A DNA stretch of 64,000 nucleotides from Rotaria socialis. Its lineage: Eukaryota. The DNA lies in the NCBI GenBank assembly GCA_905331295.1, contig CAJNYD010000069.1, positions 62,001 through 126,000 of the forward strand. The letters run 5' to 3'. Shown piece by piece: positions 53,771-64,000 of the stretch (positions are counted from its first letter, which is position 1; every line of letters begins with the position of its first letter). Both the position numbers and the translations under genes were made by a program. The notes under the pieces are model-generated. The model had not been told where the DNA came from. It searched no databases and saw only the letters and a list, made by a program, of their open reading frames with translations.

Positions 53771-55772
53771 TAGGCAAGCACCGAACCGGGTACAACTCGG
53801 GTAGTTCGGGTCAGTACTACCCGGGTTCGGTCGTACCCAGTATTCGGTCGCACCCGGTTTCGGTCATACCCGGTTTCGGTCGCACCCGGTTTCGGTCATA
53901 CCCGGGTTGGGTCGCCCCCGTCTATTCCATAAAGAATGAGATTCTCTGTACAAAAAGTAGCCTGTTTTAGATCCAAAACAGACCAGGAAATGAATAAAAT
54001 ATCATGCTAGCGTTGCTTATGTTTTTCATTTGTCTATTCGATAGAGATATCCGATTTTATTCAATCTTTAACAAATTTACAAGTGTTGTAGGATTTAGGG
54101 GAATTACGAACAAAATCATTGATTTTATTAAATCCTATTGCATTTTGCAATTGTTTTTAAAGATTAAATGAAATATAATACTTCAATAAGATAGAGTGAA
54201 GAAAACTGGATATTAAAGACACACATAATTTTTATGGTAGCCATCGAAATCCAAAGTAAGTCAAATCTATTCAAATCTAAGTCTAGAACTGCAGTTGAAT
54301 GTGGTGTATCTCTATGTACGTGTATTTTATCATAAAATATAACGTTATTGGGTATCTTTATAGAATGATGACAAAAATTGTGAAGGTTCTAAAATTTTTA
54401 ACTACATGGATAGCATAGCTGCGCAAGTACGGGTACAACTTGTACTGGGGTATTCACATACAGACTAACAGCTCTGCTAGTGAGACACAGGATACACGTG
54501 TACTCGCATGTATTATAATGTATTCAGTTGTAACACCCCCTCTTCCCGCCCAAAACCTAGAATTCTATAATTCATGTACTCCCATGTATTCGGTTGTAAC
54601 ACCCCCTCTCCCCTAGGCATGCACCAAACCCGAGTACAACCCGGATAGTTCGGGTCAGTACTACCCGGTATTCGGTCGTACCCGGGTTCGGTCGTACCCG
54701 GTATTCGGTCGCACCCGGGTTCGGCCATACCTGGTTTCGGTACTACCCGGGTTCGGTGATACCCGGTTTCGGTACTACCCGGGTTCGGTCATACGTGGGT
54801 TCGGTATTACCCGGGTTCGGTCATACCCGGGCTCGGTCTTCCCTGGTTCGGTCATACCGGGTACCCGGTACTACCTCGGTTTCATCATACCCAGATTCCG
54901 TATGGGATTCTCTGGTCTACTGATTCGTATCCTTCGAAGCATAAAAATGAATAATAAATAGCACCTATGGATATATATAGTAGGGGATAAAAGATGAATT
55001 CATGTCAAAGATCCTCTACCTTGCTCAGCCTATCATAGTTAATCTCATTTATCAGGAACGGATACAGTTAAATGAGCTTCTCTTAATATTTATCTTGGAC
55101 TCAACCACAAGAAATCGTCGAATGGTTCTCCTTATTAAGTTTTCCGGAAATGCATATGTATGATTTTCTTTCCATCGATCTACTAACCAATATCAATACG
55201 AATAATGCTAATATCGATATCAAAAATACGAAATTGTATTGGTATTGGTAGTATTCGAATTTTCACATCCCTACTTAGACTATCAGAAGGATCATTTCAA
55301 TAAGGAGAACCATTCGACAATTTCCTGTAGCTGAGTCCTAGAGAAATATTCATAAAAGCTCATTTAATTGTATACTTTCCTGATAAATAAGATTATCTGT
55401 GATAGATTGAGGAAAAGACCATAAACCGTTGAAATAAAATCATTTATTATTATCGATCTATTGGTACTATTTGTTATTCCTTTCTATGCTTCGAAGAATA
55501 CGAATAAGTAGACCNAAAATCATTTATTATTATCGATCTATAGGTACTATTTGTTATTCATTTCTATGCTTCGAAGGATACGAATAAGTAGACCCTCGAA
55601 TTCCAGTACCGAATCTGGGTATGATGAAACCCGGGTAGTACCGAATACCGGGTAGCACCGAAACCGGGTATGACCGAATCCGGGTAGTACCGTAACCGGG
55701 TATGGCCGAATCCGGGTATGGTCGAATCCGGGTATGACCGAACCCGGGTAGTTCGGGCTCGGTGCATGCCTA
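53771..55772. mobile_element. Non-autonomous hAT-like foldback element with 8-bp TSD CCTGTATT and 16-17-bp subterminal tandem repeats
   Basis: taggcaagcacc ... ggtgcatgccta; cctgtatt at 53763-53770 and 55773-55780; arrays of TACCCGGGTTCGGTCA-like units; long diverged inverted arms. Confidence 0.88.
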
Positions 55773-56219
55773 CCTGTATTCGGAATTCCAGGCACCTGGC
55801 ATAATTTAGTGTCATCAACTTTCTTTTTTTTTGTTTCGTTTTGCTTTGTCAAAGAATCAGACAGAAGACTCAATTTGATTGGAAAAATATAATGCTTCAT
55901 TTCTTGTTATGAGGTCATGAACAAGCGATTTAAGGACAAAATCATCGAAGTAGTATATATACATAGTGCACTTTCATAGCAATGACAGTCGTTCTATTTC
56001 TTTTCAGCCTATAACAAGCTACAAGCTAGAGTCATGCAGTTGTCAAAAATCTCACCGTTACCTTATCGACCGAAAGTCATATGATAGAATTCAGCAGGAG
56101 ATCTGCAATCGAGCAGTCATGTCAAGATCTTTCATTCTTCTGCTGCATCGATTTGTAATTATCTAGAACTTAAAATGTATACTAATCCATGTCTTGATTG
56201 GTAGGCATCAGGAATTCTA

Positions 56220-57155
56220 ATGGACGAAGAACATTCGCAAACTAAAGATTCAACCATAGAAATAGGCAAGTCGCGACACGATACACTACATGAGAGCCGG
56301 TGAGTTATAAGTTTGCTTAAGCTTTTACTTGAAAACAATTATTTTGAAATTGATCATAAAATCTAACTATTTCAAACACATACACTCTAGGTGTAGCATA
56401 AGCAATTCATGCAAACTGAAAAATTCACATAATAGAAGTTGCATAAATGGACAGAAATTAAATTAACTCATTTTGCCTTTAAGAAATCTATTCTGACGCA
56501 GTTGTTTTACGTTAATCACCTTGGTGATACTGATTCTTGTATTGACTGGAATAGCTGCCATTATACTTCTTCTTATACAAGGTGAGTGTCTTTTATTTTG
56601 TTTGTATTTACTGAATTTCTCTCGTGCTGTGCAGCGCAGACAACATATTTGAATAGTTGTAATATCTATGATTAGTCATCCCTAAGCATACATACAATAT
56701 ACTTTGATAGAGAAAAAGCCATATTAAACCTCCGCCAATAATTTGTTATTTTGCTGTATTTAATTTCCTTCTATTTACGCTATAAGTAAAAAGAAAAAAA
56801 ATTCATCGTGAGCATGGCATCAGTACGTAAGACTATTGATTACATTTTATGCACCGGTCGAACTGCCTACATCGCAAAAGCAAAATTCGATTTTTATTGA
56901 ATTTTGAATATTGAAAACTATATAAGTTTTAATTCAGTCTAAAATATATCATTGAATGAATTTTTGTAGTCGAGAACAAATCAAATGCATCACTGACTAG
57001 CAAAATAAACAGTGGTACGATGTTCAGTTGATCAACGATGAATACCACAAATTTGACCGCGAGTACAGCAACTAGTACTACCTCTTCAACACTTAGTACT
57101 GTTACAACAGTTTTAACAAACAAGTAGCTCTACAACTGCAACTATAACAGTTCCA
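56220..57155 (+). pseudogene. Decayed type II membrane protein gene with a Ser/Thr-rich stalk; exons 56220-56299, 56502-56581, 56970-~57155
   Basis: MDEEHSQ...HESR/CFTLITLVILILVLTGIAAIILLLIQ/VENKSNAS... joined by phase-compatible GT-AG introns; in-frame TGA at ~57029 and a frameshift at ~57120 within the S/T-rich region. Confidence 0.5.
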
Positions 57156-57204
57156 TTGATGTCTTTTTATTTCTTATTTCATGTACTGAAACTAGTAAAA
57201 AACA

Positions 57205-57416
57205 TTTTATGAGAAACAGAATTCTCACAAAATTCTGCTGGTAAATGATCAATTCTGTTTAGAATTCTGCCTTCGACCCAAGATAGTGTGTGTATACAGT
57301 AACACAGAATTCAGTAAGGGAAACAGAATTCTCTGTTGATAGTGTTCATTACGCCTTTAAGTCATGTAGGTATTATTCTTACAGAATTCTGGTGGTTGTT
57401 CTTGGGAGAATTCTGC
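57205..57416. repeat. Cluster of AGAATTCT palindromic units, probably a degenerate MITE (cccaag...cttggg core at ~57277-57406)
   Basis: About eight (a)gaattct(g)-like units within ~210 bp. Confidence 0.4.
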
Positions 57417-58290
57417 CACCCCTCTTTCCTTGATAATTATTGTTTACCATTCGAGAAATATCTAAAAGATTTCTAAACAAAAAATGACGAATCGCAAGAC
57501 ATTTATTAATAGAGAGAGCGATTACTTGGGTGAAAACCTAAAATAAATGACAAGAGAAAGGAAAGAAACCTCTGACATTCATTTCTATCCCAACAAAAAA
57601 ATATAAGAATTGAAAATGAAGATTACTCTTTGTGTCATTTCTTTGTAAGAACTTGGTTCCTTTGAAAAGAAAACAACAATTGGGATAAATACAAAAACAC
57701 AGCATGGGAAGAGAATGTGACAAGGAAAGAAAAGAAAAATATCTCTGATGCCAATTTCCACCGAACAAAAATAAGGTTTCTTCATTGTGTGTTCTTTGAT
57801 GTGTGGCTAAACTCAAGCACTCTACATATAAATAGAAATCGCATATATTAAGTGGTAGGACACAAAACCTTTTAGTTTTATTTCGTGATAACTGTTTTGA
57901 GGGTGTGAGTGTGGGTATATTTGGATGTTTTTCCAATTAATCACTCACACCCACCCCTTGATAACAAAAATTAAGAAAATATACTTAAAAATTAAAAGAA
58001 ATCCCTAGTTTTCGTGTAATCGGATAGACGATTTTGTTTGTTCAACACCAAAATTTCATCAGAATGAATAATTCTCGTAGTATTCAACAACGATACTTAC
58101 TAATAGTCGCTGATTTTTGTCGTTGAAGATCGATTAATTAATCTATGTGTCATTAACGAATAGAGGCGAAACTACAAAATCATTTTTGTATTCATTATTG
58201 TCTTTTTCATAATCCTCAACTATCGTTATTTATTCAACTTGATCTTTATCATCGCCATTAGAATGTCATTCATTCACTCAATCTAATAGA

Positions 58291-59529
58291 ATGAAGTACT
58301 CGATTGCTTTTGTTTGGAGTCATTTTATCTTTTCATTAGTGGCTTATTCTGAGCCAGTCGATTACAATATTCGTGGTACTATCAAACCTGGTTGGGAATT
58401 TGTTCGAAATTTATTTCGAGAAAATTTCGTACAAGATCGAGATCTGGGTGCTTCCATAGCGGCTTATTATCAGGGATCATTAGCGTTTGAATTGGGCGGT
58501 GGATGGTTTGATCAATCGCGAACAAAACCTTACGATGTCGAAACTTTGCAAATGGTCTTCTCGACTTCAAAAGGTCTTGTTGCTACCGCTATTGCACTTG
58601 CGGTTCAACGTGGTCTTCTCGACTATTCAGCTTTAGTAACTCGTTACTGGCCTGAATATGGACAAAATGGAAAAGAAAATACCACTGTAGCCGACATAAT
58701 GTCCCATCGAGCAGGATTACCTTACATTTCGACGCCATTCGAACAATTTTTGAATTGGACAGCAATGGTTCATACATTAGAACAAATGACACCATTGTGG
58801 TCACCTGGATCAGCACATGGCTATCATGCATACACCTATGGATGGCTTGCAGGAGAACTCATTCGACGCGTGGATCCAAAGAAACGATCTTTGGGTCAAT
58901 TCATTCGAGAGGAGATGTCGGATCCATTTGACTTCGAATTTTTCATAGGTCTACCAATAAACCAGGAATATAGGGTATCGCTAGTCGAATTAAGTGACAA
59001 TACAAAACAAAATATGGACGAATCTAACATAGAACTAATTGCTTTATTCAATGATCCTCGCACGCATCGAGCAGAGATACCTGCAGCCAATGGAATTGCT
59101 ACTGCTTGGTCTATTGCTAAATTATATTCAGCATTAAATACTGATTTGGATGGTGGAAAATTCAAACGACTATTGAACGAAGATATTCTCAAATCGGCTA
59201 TTCGATCGAATACACCTGAAGGTGAAATTGATCAAGTCATGCAACTAAACGTTTCGTTTGGCATGGGCTTTTTATTGTTCCATGACATTTTCCCAGAATT
59301 TGGACCGGACACTTTTGGTCACGATGGTAACGAAAAACAAAGGATATGGGCATTTCATTGATATTCAACATATTTAATTATAGGTTTTGGTGGAAGTATC
59401 GGTTTTTGTGCACCAACAAAAAATTTCTCCTTTGCTTACGTCACGAATCGACTGGAAGGCGCATCAGCCGACGGATATCCACGTATTGCGCCAATGCTGA
59501 AAAAAATTGCTGAATTTCTTAATCAATAA
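58291..59529 (+). CDS. Secreted beta-lactamase-family serine hydrolase (class C / family VIII esterase-like); exons 58291-59326, 59384-59529
   Basis: Signal peptide, SxxK (FSTSKG), IMSHRAGL, GYHAYTYG, FGHD/GFGGS split by a 57-nt GT-AG intron, FAYVTN. Confidence 0.9.
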
Positions 59530-59736
59530 TTTTTTTGCCTTCATCATTATCACTAAAATCAAAAATCTGCCTTAGCATGATCATTTTGTTGGGTGTGGGC
59601 GTTGTTCTTTTCTTCACATACGCATCCTAAATAAATTATCAAATGTACTGGGTAATTAAAAGAACCTTGACAAATAAAAGTTACTTCTCAATATTCAGAA
59701 CAGTTGTATATCGAATCTCTTTGATGAAGATGGTTC

Positions 59737-61666
59737 TACTTTGAAAGAAAAAAAGGAGTTCTGTAGAGCCCTTTTATGGTTCCATAGCTCATGCGGAACC
59801 ATTTCAAGTTCTGCATGACAATACGAAACTATCAACAGTTCTGTCCAACAGTACCGAACTTTTGAAGGTTTCGGGAACAGATTCAAAACCATAAAAAGTT
59901 CTGTGTTGAAGAATACTGAACCGAAAGGGTTCTGCACAATGACACTGAATCTATTAAGATTCTGTGAAAAAATACCGAACCATAAAATGTTCTCTAGTCA
60001 AAAGTACGGAATCCGACAGGTTCTGTCCCATGATGCTGAACTTTGCAAGGTTCGACAAAATGATCCTGAGCCATAAAAACTTTAGTGTACAATAATACTG
60101 AACCAGATATAGTTCTGCGTAAAGATGTAGAACCATCAAATGTTTTTTATCCAAAAGGGGAACTCAAAAGGTTCTGTTCCATGATATTGAACCGTCTAAG
60201 GTTCAGCAGAAAAATGTTGAACCATAAAAGGTTCTGTTTCTGCAATGCTAAACCGAAGAAGTTTTGTACAATAAGACTGAACCTTGAAAAGTTCTGTCAA
60301 AAAATGATCCATTCTAAAAACAAATTCTCTACCAAAAAATACTGAAGTGGAAAATATTTTCTCATTTCTGCTCAATTCTTTAGGGTTTCACAGTTCAAAC
60401 GTGCTGCCATAAAACGCTTTGAGAGACAAAGTATGATGCAAGATATATTTATTATGAAGTCTTTTATCAAAATGCCAGCAGAAAATATGTTTTCAAATGT
60501 AATTTATGGTACATTCAGTAGAACTATTTTATTGCATACTTTCTTCTTTTTTTTTACTCCATGATACGTTATTGTGCTCTAATATTCGATTTATTCATCG
60601 CTTGAGAATGCTTTTTGCACTCAAGCCGTTGAGATCGGGTGAATTTTCTTTTCTTCTCAAGTAATTTTACTTTTGGTTTTACATTTTCACCTGTTTGTCA
60701 TTTCCGGGAAAAGATTGAAACAAATCACCATAGTTTCCTCAACGCCTAGCTAATATATGCTAAATCTGGCAAATAACTATAAAGGCAAATAATACTATTA
60801 TCCATATTTAGTAATCCAACTGCTTTGAGATAAATTGCGACTATCCTCACAATTCGACGACTCTAATGAAGCTCCAATAATATTTTCAAGTATCGTGTGC
60901 GTCGACTATATACGATTTATTATCATATTATCGTTGTCTATCGTGTTTGTTCTAAAATACTCGTTAACGTCAACAAAAGAAACCATTCAATTAAACATTT
61001 AACACTATGAAATTATTCAGCCATATCATACGCAATTGATGTGCACACATGTCGTTGAACTTCACATCTTACAAATAAGATAGAGGATTTAATGCAATCC
61101 ATATGAATCCAAGGATAAAGTCCTAAACATATACTTTCACGAATACACAAATAATCGTACAGTGTTAAGGAAATCCATATAAGGNATTGTTCAGATCCTT
61201 AATTGCATTCCCAGGTTGGTGAGCTTTGAAACCTTTTCGCAGTTTCTGATATTACTTTGTGAGAAAGTACTGTAACTATTTGTTTCGGTTTAGAAGACTT
61301 TGAACACCAATATTCGGAAACTCTGAAAGGTTTTCAGACAGTGCCAAAATCAGAAAGGTTCTAAAGTTTTCCCGGAACTACACTTTTTTAGGAAATATAC
61401 AAATAAGGATATAGTTGTAAGGGTATAGATATAAGAATATCGAAATATGGATACAGAGATAAGGGAAATCCCAACGGTAAACCATTTAAATCATGGAACA
61501 CCTTATACGTAGGACAGAACCTTTTTTGAAGAAAAATCACATACGGTTTTGTTATTTCTTTACTGAACCTTTTTTCAGTCAGGACCTTTTTCGAGGGTTC
61601 TGTGTTTTACCCGATACCAGAACCCCTAAAATGGTTCTGTAAAACTCCTTTTTTTCTTTCAGAGTA
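59737..61666. mobile_element. Non-autonomous CMC/EnSpm-like TIR element with GAACC...GGTTC subterminal repeat arrays
   Basis: Left tactttgaaagaaaaaaaggagtt matches the reverse complement of right aactcctttttttctttcagagta; about 18 diverged ~31-bp gaacc-n-ggttctg units at 59770-60340; no clear TSD; N gap at 61185. Confidence 0.75.
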
Positions 61667-61938
61667 TAGTCGTATGAGCGTCTATGACAAATGGCACACT
61701 GGCAATATTATCATCATTGCCCATGCTTTCAGACTTGAAAGTTTGAATTCTGAATTAATCTATTATCAAATCAAAGCCTCCACTGGTTTCTCCGATTAAC
61801 TACTCGCGTAAAATGCTATTTTCGCGTTCATCAAGCTTTTGACTAGCTCCCATACTGACGAGTAATACTATGAGAAAATTTATTCAGAAGTATGATATAC
61901 TTCATCTTCTGAAAGCAAAAATAGCTAATAGCAGTTAG

Positions 61939-62612
61939 TAGGGGTGGGCCATTAACATTAATTTTATATTAATGTTAATGTTTTCTGAGAAAAACTTAAT
62001 TCATTAATATTAATGATTAATGAAAAACATTAACATTAATTTTAAAATTAATGTTTTCATTAACCATTAATATTAATGTCAATGTTCTTAAATGATATTA
62101 ACGGTTAACGGAAACATTCACCATTAGTATGAATAGTAATGTTTTCGTTAATATTAGGGATTATACTTTCATTAATCATTAATATTAATGTTAATGTTTT
62201 CATTAAAATCAATGACTTAATATTAATGGTTAATGTTTTCATGAAAGCATTATAACTTTCCATATTAAGTAATTAACACTTTCGGAGAAAACATTAGCTA
62301 TTAAGATCAGTTAATTGATTAATAATTGTAGATAATGTTTCCTTAGAAAAGCCTAATTCAGTAATATGGAAAAATTAATGTTTTCATGAAAACATTAACA
62401 TTAATATTAATGATTAATGAAAACATTAACATTAATATTAATGATTAATGAAAACATTAATTTTAAAATTAATGTTAATGTTTTTCATTAATCATTAATA
62501 TTAATGAATTAAGTTTTTCTTAGAAAACATTAATCATTAAGATTAATGGCTAATGAAAGTCATTAATTAATGTCACTAATTAAGTTCCGTTAAAAAAAAT
62601 GGTCCACCCCTA
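61939..62612. mobile_element. hAT-like MITE with TAGGGGTGG termini and an AT-rich palindromic (cattaa/ttaatg) interior
   Basis: taggggtgggccat ... atggtccaccccta; interior built from cattaacattaatattaatg units in both orientations; the flanks do not form a TSD. Confidence 0.8.
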
Positions 62613-62613
62613 C

Positions 62614-63991
62614 CTACACATGCAACTAATAGAACGACATGATTCTCAACAACAAACAGGAGAGGTCTCAGAAACTGTCTATCGAGGACAGTTGATGACT
62701 AATGAAAAATTCGATAGAAGAATTCGAGATAATATTGGGGGCTTCTTCTCTGTTGGCGGCTTCTTATCTACAAGAATGAAGACAAATGTAGCTCTTGCTT
62801 ATGCTGGTGAAGGCTCTGCACCGGATACACAACATGTTCTATTTCAAATTCATATCGATAATCAAGCTAATAAGTTTGCCTATGCAAATATTTCAAGTGA
62901 AAGCGCATTCAATGAAGCAGAAAGTGAGATTTTATTTACAATGGGAGCAGTTTTCCGCGTGAAAGATTGTGTATGCGACAGTCAAGGTGTCTGGATTGTT
63001 GAATTAAAGTTGTCCGGGGAGGAAGATCAAGAGCTACGAAGACTATCGGAGTCTTTGGTGAAACAAATTTCCACACCCAAATCATTGCTGAATTTAGCGA
63101 AATTAATGATTATAATGGGAGAGCATGAGAAGGCGCTCAGATTTGCGCTCCAGCAAATAAAAGATAACTTGACTACTTCCGACGATGAATCTCTCCGAAC
63201 TTTGAGTAATGATTTTTGCTCGATATACGAGAGCCGAGGAGGTCATGAAAAATTAATCGAATTTAATAAAAAAATGCTGGAATTTAAGTTAAAACGCTTT
63301 TCGTCTACTGATCCATCTCTTCTATCGGATTATAATAATTTGGGAATTGCATATATGCATTTGGGTAATTATGATTCTGCTCTCTTGAACTTTAATCAGG
63401 CGATTAAGCACTGTATGTATGCACCGAAACAAAATGAAGCTTTAATTGCAGGCATTTACAATAATATTAGTTGTTGTTCGACAACGTTCAGATCAAGCTC
63501 AATATGGGCAAGTTGAGATGTTGCACTAGTAGAGATACATAATACCAGAATAATTTTTTGGAAAGGTGCACGCGGATCAAAAGCGTCCTAAACAAGTAAT
63601 GGATGCTTACAAAGAGTCTTTAAACCTGAAATCGAACACTCTTCCTCATAACGATCCCGCATTTGCAATTGCGCACAACAATATTGGCAAATTGTATTAC
63701 AGTTTAAAGAAATATGAGAAAGCCATCGAACACTATAAGCTAGCATTACAGATTGGCAAACTTTCGCTTCAGTATACACATCCAAATCTAGCAATTATCT
63801 ATGATAATTTAGCCATGTCTTATAATAAACAAGGGCAGTTGGAAGAGGCACTGGAGTGTCGTAAGCAACTACAGGACATCTACTCGAAAAACACGCGACT
63901 TAATCGTCGCAAAGTTATCAAATGTGACATATGGATTTATATGTCATTGAGTATAAGATTAAAGCAGCCAAGGCAAGGGGGAAACTACTGA
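62614..63991 (+). pseudogene. ADP-ribosyltransferase (R-S-E clade) + TPR-repeat protein; 5'-truncated and frameshifted
   Basis: TVYRG, FLST and ESEILF ART motifs, then TPRs (YNNLGIAY, HNNIGKLY, YDNLAMSY); the frame breaks at ~63470-63565; the ORF-track ATG lies inside the MITE end. Confidence 0.75.
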
Positions 63992-64000
63992 TTTAACTCA

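Noticed and set aside
55436..55592. Tandem ~78-bp duplication
   Set aside because: The two copies sit exactly either side of an N and differ at 3 sites, which looks like an unmerged contig or allele overlap.
53790..55760. Regular GC-rich repeats as a CRISPR array, and the repetitive ORFs at 54513-54728 and 55547-55900
   Set aside because: The units are contiguous with no unique spacers, there are no cas genes and the context is eukaryotic; they are TE subterminal repeats.
57029..57031. In-frame TGA as selenocysteine or readthrough
   Set aside because: It lies in a low-complexity S/T stalk followed by a frameshift, and no SECIS was seen; pseudogenisation is simpler.
59770..60345. ~31-bp periodic GAACC/GGTTC repeats as a CRISPR-like or coding array
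   Set aside because: Highly degenerate and enclosed by matching TIRs; explained as CMC-type subterminal repeats.

Overview
AT-rich eukaryotic (metazoan) genomic DNA with many very short (~50-70 nt) GT-AG introns. Intron size, composition and gene content (bacterial-type hydrolases, NHL-repeat and ADP-ribosyltransferase-TPR genes) point to a bdelloid rotifer; this is inference, not proof. The left ~45 kb holds mostly conserved animal genes: an HDNR/TEX36-like gene, a Shaker/Kv1 channel with five candidate alternative first exons, RPS20, MCCC2, a GnRH/vasopressin-type GPCR, a METTL7-like methyltransferase, an EGF+STRA6-like receptor, TBC1D8/9 and ANAPC2. The right ~19 kb is an accessory zone rich in non-autonomous DNA transposons, candidate horizontally acquired genes (S9 peptidase, beta-lactamase-family hydrolase, ART-TPR) and decayed genes. 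The most notable observations are: (i) a CCCAGG-ended MITE inside the S9 peptidase CDS whose built-in splice-like signals would leave an exact in-frame 36-nt footprint; (ii) the phase-matched array of Kv1 first exons; (iii) the EGF-STRA6 fusion; (iv) a composite hAT/foldback element with two left ends inside one 8-bp TSD. All exon models were built by hand from the sequence and have no transcript support. Four single-N gaps are present (17607, 23011, 55514, 61185).
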